Positions 1-9,954 of a stretch of 64,000 bases of DNA are shown here, piece after piece. A program made the translations under genes and the position numbers. Source of the DNA: Rickettsiales bacterium. Its GTDB lineage: Bacteria; Pseudomonadota; Alphaproteobacteria; Rickettsiales; JABIRX01. Numbering within the stretch: the stretch's first letter is position 1; every line of letters begins with the position of its first letter. The notes under the pieces are model-generated. The model ran no database searches, was not told where the DNA came from, and was given only the letters and a program-made list of their open reading frames with translations. The stretch spans positions 10,605 to 74,604 of the forward strand of contig JAYOLW010000004.1 in assembly GCA_038120515.1 (NCBI GenBank), given 5' to 3'.

Positions 1-599
1 GTGCTTATGACGATATAATAAATGAATTTGCTAATGAATTTAAAATTCCAAAAGCATTAATTTCAACCGAATTTGGCTTCTGCAAAAACATAAATTTCAA
101 AGAAAAAAAAGGACTTTATTTTGTCGACAATGAAGTTGAAAAAGTTTTATATAAAATTCGCAATAATTATCAAAAACTCGACATTAAAGATAAACCTTAT
201 GTTTTTATAAAAGCTAATCGTGGAACTTATGGCATGGGTATTATGATGGTTGAATCAGGTGATGAAATCTATGATATCAACAAAAAAGAACGTAACAAAA
301 TGTCTATCATTAAGAATAATACTCAAAATGCTGAGATTATTGTTCAAGAAGGAGTTAAAACAGTAATTCAATTTGACAACAAACCTGCTGAAGCATTCAC
401 TTATCAAATTGGCGGAAAAACCGCTGGCACAATATACAGAATGAATCAGGATCGTAATGAATTTTCAAATTTAAACTCAAAAGGTGTAGAATTTAAACCA
501 ATGACAAAAACAAGTCTTGGCAAATTCGATTCATATTATAATCTAATAGCATCACTATCAACTCTTGCAGCGACAAACGAACATGACTATTATGACTAA
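1..599 (+). CDS. gshA: glutamate--cysteine ligase, C-terminal part (5' end outside window)
   Basis: Frame 3 is open from nt 3 to TAA 597-599; the ORF track only starts at an internal Met (234). The upstream translation ...KPYVFIKANRGTYGMGIMMVESGDE... resembles the Acidithiobacillus-type bacterial GshA family. This is recalled from memory, not searched. Confidence 0.55.
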   Translation, partial: AYDDIINEFANEFKIPKALISTEFGFCKNINFKEKKGLYFVDNEVEKVLYKIRNNYQKLDIKDKPYVFIKANRGTYGMGIMMVESGDEIYDINKKERNKMSIIKNNTQNAEIIVQEGVKTVIQFDNKPAEAFTYQIGGKTAGTIYRMNQDRNEFSNLNSKGVEFKPMTKTSLGKFDSYYNLIASLSTLAATNEHDYYD

Positions 600-1272
600 A
601 AACAAAATCTTCTGTTTATCAGGCTTCATGGTTAAACCTGAATTGATTCAAAAAAAACTTAAACAAAAAATTGACTATATTGATTATCTAAATTTTTCAG
701 AACAAAATTTTAAACAAGAATTATTAAAACAGAAAAGATCCTATGATCTTACAATAGGATTCTCTTTAGGTGCATGCCTAACTCTAAAATATAACCATCT
801 AATCAAAGCAAAGAAAATTTTACTTATTGCTCCGCCAGCTAATTTTATAAGCAACAAAAACAATCCTTTCGGCAAAACAACTGACGACATATCTAGCTTT
901 ATCAGTACTTTAAAAGAAGATTCTAAAGTCTTGAATCAAAAGTTTAACTTTAGCACCTCATTTCCCAAGAGACAGATTTTTAAATATCTTTCTGATCACA
1001 ATATTTACAATGATAATATTAACAAAAAGAACCTAATTGAATGGCTTTACTTTCTAGAACTATTTGATGCATCATCATATGATTTAGCCAATAAAGAAAT
1101 TCATATTCTCCATGGTTTATCTGATAATGTTGTTAGTTATAAGCAAACTTCTATCTTCAAGAAAAACTTTAAAAACTTGACTGTCAAATTAATAGAAGAT
1201 GCTCCGCATGCATTATTTCTATCGCATCCTGATGAATTCCAAGATTATGTTGATGAGATAATAAATCAATGA
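583..1272 (+). CDS. alpha/beta-fold hydrolase, BioH-like esterase candidate
   Basis: Nucleophile elbow GFSLGA, later HGLSDNVV (Asp) and DAPHALFLSHP (His) give a Ser-Asp-His triad in order. ATGA overlap with the downstream BioC-like gene. Start is ambiguous (TTG 565, ATG 583 or 592). Confidence 0.6.
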   Translation: MTIMTKNKIFCLSGFMVKPELIQKKLKQKIDYIDYLNFSEQNFKQELLKQKRSYDLTIGFSLGACLTLKYNHLIKAKKILLIAPPANFISNKNNPFGKTTDDISSFISTLKEDSKVLNQKFNFSTSFPKRQIFKYLSDHNIYNDNINKKNLIEWLYFLELFDASSYDLANKEIHILHGLSDNVVSYKQTSIFKKNFKNLTVKLIEDAPHALFLSHPDEFQDYVDEIINQ

Positions 1273-1985
1273 TGTTTGATTTCGAAAAAATTCAACATGA
1301 CTTTAACAAAAGCTCTGCTTTTTACTCAAAGAATTCACTATTACAAAAAAGCATCGCCATTGATTTAATTAAATTAGCATCTTCATATATAACAAAGGAT
1401 TCTGCAATTTTAGATCTAGGCTGTGGTTTTGGACAAATTGCTGCACTACTTGCAACTAAAGAGCTAACAAATGTTACAATGGTTGATAATGCCTCAAAAA
1501 TGCTTGATATCGCCAAGAAAAATTTTCCAAAATATAATATTATTGAAGATGACATTAATAATTTAAATAAACTTAATCAATCATATGATGTTATCTTTGC
1601 CAATATGAGTTTGCATTGGTGTAATGATATAAACAGTACTATTAAAAATGCCCAAAATCATCTTAAAAAAAATGGCAAAATCTTTATATCAATCCCATCC
1701 GAAAACTCCTTTCAGGAACTACATGAGATAAATCAAAAACTTAAGAGTAAATTAAATCTAGGCCCTCTAATCAATGCAAATCATCTTAAAAACCAACAAA
1801 TTATAACTAAAGAATATAGTCAAAATTTTAATTCACTGTCAGAACTTCTAAAAAACTTCAAGAAAACAGGTACAGGTTTTAAGTCTAAAAACATAAAACC
1901 TATCTTAAAATCAGATTACAATTATTTAAAATCTATTAACGACAAATATAAAACTCTAAGCTGGGAGATTATTTTTATTACTTAA
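1269..1985 (+). CDS. class I SAM-dependent methyltransferase, BioC-like (malonyl-ACP O-methyltransferase candidate)
   Basis: N-terminal F..S...Y...S.LQ motif typical of BioC. SAM-binding motif I ILDLGCGFGQ. Start overlaps the hydrolase stop (ATGA). Confidence 0.55.
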   Translation: MMFDFEKIQHDFNKSSAFYSKNSLLQKSIAIDLIKLASSYITKDSAILDLGCGFGQIAALLATKELTNVTMVDNASKMLDIAKKNFPKYNIIEDDINNLNKLNQSYDVIFANMSLHWCNDINSTIKNAQNHLKKNGKIFISIPSENSFQELHEINQKLKSKLNLGPLINANHLKNQQIITKEYSQNFNSLSELLKNFKKTGTGFKSKNIKPILKSDYNYLKSINDKYKTLSWEIIFIT

Positions 1986-2415
1986 GTAATGTATCTTTAG
2001 CTTTATTAATTAATTTTGACATATATTCAGATCCATCTTTGTCAGGATGAACTGATTTCATAAGCTTTTTATATTTTGCATTAATTTCAGCCTCACTCGC
2101 ATTGATGCTAACACCTAATATCTCTGCAGCTTCAGCTCTCGTTAAATCTTGATCCACATCATGTTGATAGTTTTTCTTACTACGATTAAATAGTGATGCT
2201 AGATAAGTAATAGAGCCAAAATTTCTAAGCAAAAAAGGAAAAACAATCGCAAGTAAAGCAAATAATGCTTGGCCATATCTCAGCAATATTGCACCAAAAA
2301 CTAATCCAAAAAAAACTCTAATCCAATATTTTCGATTAGCTTGTATTTGCTTCCTAGACTTAATAACCGAGATAATAATTACGATTAATAATATTATAAG
2401 AAGCAAATAAATCAT
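1978..2415 (-). CDS. membrane-anchored J-domain protein (TIM14/Pam18-like, DjlA-like)
   Basis: Three N-terminal hydrophobic helices, then a C-terminal J domain with HPD: ...INAKYKKLMKSVHPDKDGSEYMSKLINKAKDTLL. Confidence 0.75.
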   Translation of the reverse strand: MIYLLLIILLIVIIISVIKSRKQIQANRKYWIRVFFGLVFGAILLRYGQALFALLAIVFPFLLRNFGSITYLASLFNRSKKNYQHDVDQDLTRAEAAEILGVSINASEAEINAKYKKLMKSVHPDKDGSEYMSKLINKAKDTLLK

Positions 2416-2427
2416 CTAGCAGCTTAA

Positions 2428-3831
2428 TTAAATATGAATTGCCTGATCATATGCATCTAATACAGACTCATGAATCATCTCAGATAATGTTGGATGTGGG
2501 AAGATACTACCCATAAAATCTGCCTCTGTTGCTTCCATTGTTTTACCAACAACAAATGAAGAAATCATCTCCGTAACATCTGCACCAACCATATGAGCTC
2601 CTAAAAGCTCGCCTGTTTTAGCATCAAAAATAGTTTTTATTAAACCAGCCTCAGCTGATAACGCAATAGCTTTTCCATTAGCCATAAATGGAAATCTTCC
2701 AACTTTAATATCAAGTCCTTCTTCCTTAGCCTTAGCCTCTGTAAGACCAATAGAAGCAATTTGTGGATTAGAATATGTACAGCCAGGAATATTACTTCGG
2801 TTAAGCTTATGATGAGCATTTGGATTTTTAATATGATCAACACAAATAACAGCCTCATGTGAGGCTTTATGTGCAAGCCATGGTGAACCAGCAACATCAC
2901 CAATTGCATAAACACCTTCTTCATCAGTACGACAATAATCATCAACTATAATTTGGTTTTTCTCAACCTTTACCCTACTAGCTTCAAGACCAAGATTTTC
3001 AACATTACCAACTACACCAACTGCTGACAATATCTTATCAGCCTGAAGCTTTATAACTGAATTATCTTTATGATTAGTAATTTCCAATTCAACAACTCCA
3101 GCTTTCTTTTTATGAGATTTAACACTATGACTTTTTAAAATCTTAATGCCTTTTTTCTCAAATTCAGCCTCGGCTATTTTCGAAATCTCAGCATCTTCAA
3201 CAGGAAGAATTCTATCTTGAAGTTCAATAATGGTTACGTCGCAACCAAATGCATTATAAAATGATGCAAACTCAACACCTATAGCACCGCTTCCAACAAC
3301 TATTAGTTGCTTAGGTAATTCTTTTGGAACTAATGCTTCACGATAACTCCATAAATAATCACCATTTGGCTCTAAGCCTTTTATCACCCTGGCTCTTGCA
3401 CCTGTTGCAATAATTATATGTTTAGCTGTTAAATCTTCTTGATACTCATCATCTTTATATAACCTTACTTTACCAGGACCATTTAATTTAGCTTCATTTG
3501 CGTAATGTTTAATTTTATTTTTCTTCATCAAATGATTAATACCAGCTGATAATTTAGCAGAAACACCTCGTGACCTTTCAACTATTTTCTCAAAATCAAA
3601 CTCAGCTTTAACTGGCGCTTTAAATCCGTATTTATCAAGATTTGCTAGCATGTAGTTAATCTCAGCAGATTTTAAAAGTGCTTTCGTTGGAATGCAGCCC
3701 CAATTTAAACATACACCACCAAGATTTTCTTTTTCAATTATAGCTACTTTAAAACCTTGTTGAGCAGCTCTTATCGCAGCAACATAGCCTCCTGGACCTG
3801 CACCAATAACTATTACATCAAAATTTGCCAT
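2428..3831 (-). CDS. lpdA: dihydrolipoyl dehydrogenase (E3)
   Basis: FAD motif GAGPGGYVAA, redox-active disulfide GGVCLNWGCIPTK, C-terminal HPTLSE interface motif; 467 aa. Confidence 0.95.
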   Translation of the reverse strand: MANFDVIVIGAGPGGYVAAIRAAQQGFKVAIIEKENLGGVCLNWGCIPTKALLKSAEINYMLANLDKYGFKAPVKAEFDFEKIVERSRGVSAKLSAGINHLMKKNKIKHYANEAKLNGPGKVRLYKDDEYQEDLTAKHIIIATGARARVIKGLEPNGDYLWSYREALVPKELPKQLIVVGSGAIGVEFASFYNAFGCDVTIIELQDRILPVEDAEISKIAEAEFEKKGIKILKSHSVKSHKKKAGVVELEITNHKDNSVIKLQADKILSAVGVVGNVENLGLEASRVKVEKNQIIVDDYCRTDEEGVYAIGDVAGSPWLAHKASHEAVICVDHIKNPNAHHKLNRSNIPGCTYSNPQIASIGLTEAKAKEEGLDIKVGRFPFMANGKAIALSAEAGLIKTIFDAKTGELLGAHMVGADVTEMISSFVVGKTMEATEADFMGSIFPHPTLSEMIHESVLDAYDQAIHI

Positions 3832-3857
3832 TAAAACCTCTAATAATAAAATTTAAA

Positions 3858-5678
3858 TCATTCTACAGTAACAGACTTAGCCAGATTTCTTGGCTGGTCA
3901 ACATCTGTTCCCTTAAAAACTGCTACATAATAAGCAAGTAACTGCACCGGAATTGAATATAAAATCGGGGCTAAAAAATTGGTTACTTTTGGAACTTCTA
4001 TATAATTTTTACATATATCTTCAACTTGTTTAACACCTTCAGTTTCAGAAATTAATATAATTTGACCACCTCTAGCTGATACTTCCTGAATATTTGATAC
4101 CAATTTACCAAAATTATCATTCGATGGAGCTATCACCACAATATGTAAATCTTCATCAACTAATGCTATAGGACCATGCTTTAACTCACCTGCCGCAATA
4201 CCTTCAGCATGAATATATGATAATTCTTTAAGCTTTAAAGCCGCTTCAAGTGCTATGCCATAAGAAACACCACGACCGATATATATAATATTTCGACTAT
4301 GAATAATTTTATTAGCAATATTTTTAATTTGAGTATGATCTTTAAGGATTTTAGATATTTTAGAAGGAAGTCTTCTAAACTCTCTCATAATTTCAGTAAT
4401 CTCATTATCTTTTAGTAAATTCTTAGCTTGGGCTATTTTTAGACCAAGCAATGCAAATACACATAATTGAGATGTAAAAGCTTTAGTAGATGCAACGCCA
4501 ATTTCTGGTCCAGCATGCAAATAAATAATATTATCAGCAATATTAGACATACTGCTATGTTGATTATTAACAATAACAAGATTTTGATGATTTTGATCTT
4601 TTACTTGTTTTAAAGCTTTTAATGTATCTGCAGTTTCTCCAGATTGTGAAATAAAAATCACTAAATCATCTTTGTTAATTTTTCGACTATTTACGAATTC
4701 AGAAGCGATATATAATCTTACTGAAACATCACTAAATTCTTCAAACCAATATCTTGCAACCTCACCAGCATATCTTGAGGTACCACAAGCAACAATTACA
4801 ATATTGTTTATTTCATTATAATTTAAATTTACATGATCAAAATTTATACTATTGGCTATACGATCATAGTATGTATTAACCAAATTTGCGATAACTGTTG
4901 GCTGCTCATCAATTTCCTTTTGCATGAAATGACGGTAATTTTCTTTCCCAACATATATTTGAGAGATATTTTGTTCGATAAAATTCCGCTTAACTTCTTT
5001 GTTTGATTTATCAAAAATTTTAAGATCATCCTGATGAAGAAAAACAACGTCATCATCCTCAAGATAACAAATTTTATTAGTAAGTGGCGCCATAACGAAT
5101 GCATCCGAGCCAATATATTTCTCATCATTTGCAATGCCAATTGCAAGGGGTGAACCACGTTTTGTTGCAATTAGAAGATTATCTTGATCTTTGATAATAA
5201 TCCCAAGTGCAAAAGCACCCTCGATTTTGCCTAGTAATAATCTAATAGCTTTGTGAACATCATGTTCAGTTTTTAAGATATGGTCTAAAAGCAAAGGGAT
5301 AATTTCTGTGTCAGTATCAGACATAAAATTATAACCATAACCTTCTAATTCATTTCTAAGGAATTTAAAATTCTCAATAATACCATTATGAACAACAGCT
5401 ATTTTACCATTAGAATGAGGATGAGCATTTTCAGTTATTGGCATGCCATGAGTTGCCCATCTGGTATGAGCGATACCAATATTACCAGGAACTTCTCTTG
5501 TACCAATGGTTCTTTCTAGCTCCTTAATTTTGCCACTAGCTTTTTCAATCTGAAGTATACCAGCATTTAATACTGCAATTCCAGATGAATCATAACCACG
5601 ATATTCGAGTCTTTTTAACCCATCTATAAGATTGTCAGTAACCTGATTGTTGCCTATTATGCCAAATATTCCACACAT
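3858..5678 (-). CDS. glmS: glutamine--fructose-6-phosphate aminotransferase
   Basis: N-terminal MCGIFG Ntn-amidotransferase start, two SIS domains, C-terminal DQPRNLAKSVTVE; 606 aa. Confidence 0.97.
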   Translation of the reverse strand: MCGIFGIIGNNQVTDNLIDGLKRLEYRGYDSSGIAVLNAGILQIEKASGKIKELERTIGTREVPGNIGIAHTRWATHGMPITENAHPHSNGKIAVVHNGIIENFKFLRNELEGYGYNFMSDTDTEIIPLLLDHILKTEHDVHKAIRLLLGKIEGAFALGIIIKDQDNLLIATKRGSPLAIGIANDEKYIGSDAFVMAPLTNKICYLEDDDVVFLHQDDLKIFDKSNKEVKRNFIEQNISQIYVGKENYRHFMQKEIDEQPTVIANLVNTYYDRIANSINFDHVNLNYNEINNIVIVACGTSRYAGEVARYWFEEFSDVSVRLYIASEFVNSRKINKDDLVIFISQSGETADTLKALKQVKDQNHQNLVIVNNQHSSMSNIADNIIYLHAGPEIGVASTKAFTSQLCVFALLGLKIAQAKNLLKDNEITEIMREFRRLPSKISKILKDHTQIKNIANKIIHSRNIIYIGRGVSYGIALEAALKLKELSYIHAEGIAAGELKHGPIALVDEDLHIVVIAPSNDNFGKLVSNIQEVSARGGQIILISETEGVKQVEDICKNYIEVPKVTNFLAPILYSIPVQLLAYYVAVFKGTDVDQPRNLAKSVTVE

Positions 5679-5768
5679 ATTTTTTCATTTAAAGGCTTGA
5701 ATGATATAAAATTTATTTAAGATCACAATATGTTTTTTTGTTTGCAACAATCTATATTTAGATCAGTT

Positions 5769-7835
5769 TTATTTATCAAATATTGATACTGACAAAGATA
5801 TTGTGGTATCATCTTTAATATCATTATTAGTATAGAATCTATTAGTAATACTAAATATAGCGTCAAAACATCTATTATTATATAGCAAAGCCAAATAATT
5901 CTGAGTTAATGCCCCAGAAAACAAGCTTTGATCAGCATAAGAAAAATTTGACCTATTAGTAATTTTCAAACTCTTATTAAAATTATATGTGAATGTTGAA
6001 GAAAGATTTTTATCATCGACTAAGCTAGCATCAAGATGACTATATTCTACATGAGCAAGAGTTGCACCAATTTCCAATTTAGCAATTTTGCTACTTAAAG
6101 ATAAACTATTATAATAAGGATAAAAATCACTGTGATCTAATCTATTGAAATATAAAAACTTTATCGATTCTGTAGAATAAGAGAAATTATTCAAAACATC
6201 TGAAAATTTAGAATTTAAGCCACTACCAACACTATATTTACTATAATCAGCATCGGAATATTTGATACCAAACCTATATTCAAATGATTCATTTTTTTTA
6301 GACTTTAAAAAGCTTATCTCTAATGCAGCCTTATTAGCTTCATCTATTAAATCATATCCAAAAGCATTGTTTAAAGCCATCAAATTAGCAAAGTTTAAAT
6401 TATTAGATTCTGAATCATAATTAGCAACGTCATCATTTTGGATTATATTTGTAGTTGCTATGAATAGTTTTGGTGTAAGTATAATATTGTGTTTTGTATT
6501 AATATAATTTCTTTTCCAATCAGCATAAGCTCCAATTTGATATCTCAAAGCTGACTCAGAATCTTCAAACAAACCATAGCTATCAACTCTATTCATGAAA
6601 CCAAAATTCCAAATATCAGATTTATTTATTACTGACTTTTTAGCCAATTTTGATGTTAAAGATAAACGATCTCTTTTTGATTCAGTTTCAAGATTTACAT
6701 TATCATAATTTAAATCATTTTCTAGAACCAGATTTTGATTAAGTTTAATTGTTTTTTCATAATCAAATGTTGGTATTCTATAATATGACCTTTGATAATC
6801 TGAAAAATCATTCACATAGCTATATTTGACCATCAAATTATTATTATCACTTAAAAAACCAATTTTTGAAGATTCATAACGACGATAATCACCAAGATAT
6901 CTTGATAAATAATCACTGCTGGAAGTCCTATGAATATCAAGATTAAAATCACCAAATCTATTACTTAAATTAGCTGAAGTTTTAACACGCCACTTTTTTT
7001 TGTCATATAATTGATAACCATTTGCAGCTAATGACTCACGAAAATTATCATTTAACTTAAGATAGGCTATATCAAAAACCAAATTTGATTTCTTTCCTAA
7101 ATGCCTTATTTCAAGATCATGATTTATATTATTTTTACTAAATATTGTTGGAGTATATGTAAAATCTAGATTTGATTTAATATTTACAAATAACGGTAAA
7201 GCAAAATAATTGCCCATTATTGTATCATTGGCTATTGTTGGATAAAGCAACCCCGATTTTTTTGGATTTTTATTACCATTAGCAAATAAATAAGGAGAAT
7301 AAGCAACTGGTATATCCAAAACATAGAATATTAAATGATTAAATGTGAATAAATCTTGCTCCTCATTATATGAAGCTTTTTTTGATTTAATTTTCCAGAT
7401 AGGTTCATAAAACTTATCATTTTTACATATTCTACACATTGTAAAATAGGCTTTATTCAAGATGATATTTTGATTTTTCTTAACAGCAGATTTGGCAAAT
7501 AAAGAACCAAAACTAGTAAATTTAAAATGTAATTTTGAAAATTCGGAATAATTAAAATCTTCTGTTAATTTTATTTTATCAGTGACTAAAACATATGTAT
7601 TATTACTAATTGATGTTTCAAAGTCGGAAAATAGCAATTTGTTTTGCTTATCATAGGAAACCTCATAAGATCTCAAATTATAAAAACCATCTGTTGCCTC
7701 AACAAGACCACCAAATTTATAAAAACCAGATTTATTATCTAAGGAAATATTGTCACTAGTAATTTCTATGTCATTTGCAAAAGCTAAACCAATAAATAAG
7801 AAGATGAGAATATATAATCGGAAAAGAAAACCCAT
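5769..7835 (-). CDS. lptD: LPS-assembly outer-membrane protein LptD (OstA family)
   Basis: 688 aa with a signal peptide, an OstA-like N-terminal domain and a long beta-barrel-like alternating Y/F/N/S-rich sequence. Size is typical of alphaproteobacterial LptD. Confidence 0.75.
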   Translation of the reverse strand: MGFLFRLYILIFLFIGLAFANDIEITSDNISLDNKSGFYKFGGLVEATDGFYNLRSYEVSYDKQNKLLFSDFETSISNNTYVLVTDKIKLTEDFNYSEFSKLHFKFTSFGSLFAKSAVKKNQNIILNKAYFTMCRICKNDKFYEPIWKIKSKKASYNEEQDLFTFNHLIFYVLDIPVAYSPYLFANGNKNPKKSGLLYPTIANDTIMGNYFALPLFVNIKSNLDFTYTPTIFSKNNINHDLEIRHLGKKSNLVFDIAYLKLNDNFRESLAANGYQLYDKKKWRVKTSANLSNRFGDFNLDIHRTSSSDYLSRYLGDYRRYESSKIGFLSDNNNLMVKYSYVNDFSDYQRSYYRIPTFDYEKTIKLNQNLVLENDLNYDNVNLETESKRDRLSLTSKLAKKSVINKSDIWNFGFMNRVDSYGLFEDSESALRYQIGAYADWKRNYINTKHNIILTPKLFIATTNIIQNDDVANYDSESNNLNFANLMALNNAFGYDLIDEANKAALEISFLKSKKNESFEYRFGIKYSDADYSKYSVGSGLNSKFSDVLNNFSYSTESIKFLYFNRLDHSDFYPYYNSLSLSSKIAKLEIGATLAHVEYSHLDASLVDDKNLSSTFTYNFNKSLKITNRSNFSYADQSLFSGALTQNYLALLYNNRCFDAIFSITNRFYTNNDIKDDTTISLSVSIFDK

Positions 7836-7844
7836 ACTTAATTA

Positions 7845-8483
7845 CTAATAAAATTGTCTAAAAAACTCCTTTTTAAGTATAGAATCAAACTCTTGAAAAT
7901 CAGCTCTAACTCCCATATCAGCAAGAGACGTAACCCCATATTCATCACTTGAAATACCACAAGGTATAATATTTGCAAATTTCGACAAATCAGGATTTAT
8001 ATTCACGGCAACACCGTGAAAACTAACCCATTTTTTTAATCTAATACCAATAGCAGCTATCTTTTTTTCAATACCTTGATGATTCACCCATATACCTACT
8101 CTATCCTCTCTGATAAAAGCTTTGATATCATAATGTGCTAGAACCGAAATAATCCAATTCTCTAACATCTTTATAAATTGTCGAATATCACAACCAGATT
8201 TCGTCCTTTTTAAATCAAGCATAACATAAATAATACGCATACCCGGACCGTGATAAGTAATTTTACCACCTCGTTTCGAAGGGACAAATGGCACTTCAGT
8301 CTTACTAATAATATCAGATTCTTTAGCGCTTACACCCATTGTGTATATATGGTCATGCTCAACCAACCATATTTTCTCCTGAGCTTTAGCTTCAATAATT
8401 TCTTGAACATATTGCTCCATGTAATTAGCAGCAAATTCATAATTAGTAAAACCTTCACTATTCTGCCAAATCAAATCCTGCAT
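7845..8483 (-). CDS. lipB: lipoyl(octanoyl) transferase
   Basis: Motifs RGGKITYHGPGM, KIAAIGIR and IIPCGI. I place the start at ATG 8483 (MQDLIWQ...), which removes the overlap with the upstream gene. Confidence 0.9.
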   Translation of the reverse strand: MQDLIWQNSEGFTNYEFAANYMEQYVQEIIEAKAQEKIWLVEHDHIYTMGVSAKESDIISKTEVPFVPSKRGGKITYHGPGMRIIYVMLDLKRTKSGCDIRQFIKMLENWIISVLAHYDIKAFIREDRVGIWVNHQGIEKKIAAIGIRLKKWVSFHGVAVNINPDLSKFANIIPCGISSDEYGVTSLADMGVRADFQEFDSILKKEFFRQFY

Positions 8484-8497
8484 TATGAAATTACCAA

Positions 8498-9508
8498 TTA
8501 TTTTAAATCTTGAGTTATGCAATTTCTAAGTGAAATATTATAAAATTGATGCGCCATAGAATTTAAACTCGGATTATTAGATAAAATCCAACCATAAAAA
8601 ACATTTTCATATGTCTTATTATCAACAACGCTAAAAAAAGCATAATTATTTGGTAAAGCATCAGATGGTGTTTTCCAACAACTTCTTGGCGTGATATTAA
8701 TACTTTCAAAACTTAACTCTTCACCTATTTTTAACGAAAATTTATATACTCTAGCTGTGATCTTATTAAGTATTTGTATTTCGACAAAATCTGCCTCGAT
8801 AAAACCTTTTTCCGTAAATTTATCACGCAAATTTAAATAACGATTTTGATTTTCTTCAAGGGTTAATCTAAATATTTTAGTATTTGGATATTGCTTGATC
8901 AAACTATCGTATTTTTCTTTATATTCCTTTGCCTCCTCATCTTTGTTAAGCTTTATGGAAATAATATTTAGATTGTAATAAGTTTCGACTAAAGCAGATT
9001 CATTGCCAAGATTTAAATACATTGAGGAAGCCTGATTAAGTAATGATTTTGCCAAAAAATAATTTGCTTGCCGAAAATGCGTATAACCCATCCTTGTGTA
9101 TATATAGGCCAATTTATTCTGGTCATCCAATTCAATAGCAATAAGCATTGCTGAATTCAGATTATCAAGTAAGGCTATATTATCATGTTGGTAATAATTG
9201 ATCTTAGTAAGAAACAAATAATAATCTAATTTCTCCTGCTGTAAATTATAAAGCTCTATTAATGACAATATTTTATCAGAACGTTCAATAGCAGATTCTA
9301 TATTCTTTTCTTTAAAATAAATTTCAGCCTCATTACGATATTTATTCAGTTTTTCTATTACTTCCTGTGGAACCTCTTGTTTTACTTCTATAACTTCACT
9401 TTCTTCTGTATCATTATCAAACATTTCAATAAAAGCGTAACTTTTATTAAAACCAAATATAATTAGTACAAACAAAACAAAATGAGAAAATTGCATAGAT
9501 AGTTTCAC
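8498..9508 (-). CDS. secreted TPR-like repeat protein with C-terminal DUF2155 domain
   Basis: Signal peptide, about 200 aa of helical TPR-like repeats, then a C-terminus (...CWKTP...AFFSV...YGWILSNNPSLNSMAHQFYNISLRNC) matching the alphaproteobacterial DUF2155 pattern. Sits beside the NDUFA12-like gene, as DUF2155 usually does. Confidence 0.6.
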   Translation of the reverse strand: MKLSMQFSHFVLFVLIIFGFNKSYAFIEMFDNDTEESEVIEVKQEVPQEVIEKLNKYRNEAEIYFKEKNIESAIERSDKILSLIELYNLQQEKLDYYLFLTKINYYQHDNIALLDNLNSAMLIAIELDDQNKLAYIYTRMGYTHFRQANYFLAKSLLNQASSMYLNLGNESALVETYYNLNIISIKLNKDEEAKEYKEKYDSLIKQYPNTKIFRLTLEENQNRYLNLRDKFTEKGFIEADFVEIQILNKITARVYKFSLKIGEELSFESINITPRSCWKTPSDALPNNYAFFSVVDNKTYENVFYGWILSNNPSLNSMAHQFYNISLRNCITQDLK

Positions 9509-9510
9509 AA

Positions 9511-9954
9511 CTATTTTTTAAACAAGAATTTACTTAATAAACTTTCAATACTGACTGAAGATCTAGTATAGGTTAAAGTTTCACCATTATTTAATATTTC
9601 ATCAGAAATACCTGGCTCAATATCAACATATTTACCGCCAAGAAGACCAGAGCTAATAATTGATATATAAGAATCTACAGGAATTTTATATTGATTTAAA
9701 ACTGAAATTTTAATAACAGCCTCATAGGAAATAGAATCAAGCCCAACATATGCAACTGAGCCAACTTTGATACCAGCTATTCTGACATCACTACCAACTT
9801 CAACACCATCAATTCTTAAAAACTTTGCTTGTAGTTGGTAAGACTCAGATGATGAAACACCAACATCTGCAGTATTTCGTGCCGATAAAAAGAAGATTAT
9901 AGTTATAGCAACAACTAGAAAACCAACAATAATTTCAAAATAGTTTTTATTCAT
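9511..9954 (-). CDS. mlaD: outer-membrane lipid asymmetry protein MlaD (MCE domain)
   Basis: N-terminal TM helix followed by an MCE domain (F..IDGVEVGSDVRIAGIKVGSV...GLLGGKYVDIEPG); 147 aa. Confidence 0.85.
   Translation of the reverse strand: MNKNYFEIIVGFLVVAITIIFFLSARNTADVGVSSSESYQLQAKFLRIDGVEVGSDVRIAGIKVGSVAYVGLDSISYEAVIKISVLNQYKIPVDSYISIISSGLLGGKYVDIEPGISDEILNNGETLTYTRSSVSIESLLSKFLFKK

Noticed and set aside
1269-1272. Alternative genetic code (UGA read as Trp, as in some reduced genomes)
   Set aside because: TGA works as a stop in ATGA gene overlaps, for example at 1269-1272. Trp in conserved motifs is encoded by TGG, and conserved proteins translate full-length under code 11.
1322-1555. 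Antisense or off-frame ORFs nested in well-supported genes. Examples: 1322-1555, 2640-2945, 4856-5170, 8250-8513, 11294-11521, 14519-14710, 15678-15956, 16538-16726, 19390-19572, 20515-20784, 25091-25297, 25396-25623, 25637-25876
   Set aside because: Each lies entirely within or across a longer ORF that has clear family motifs. Their translations are low-complexity (L/I/F/S/K-rich) with no motifs. They are shadow ORFs.
5679-5768. glmS ribozyme or another leader element upstream of glmS
   Set aside because: The spacer is only 90 nt, almost pure A/T, and has no conserved helices. The glmS ribozyme is a Gram-positive feature.
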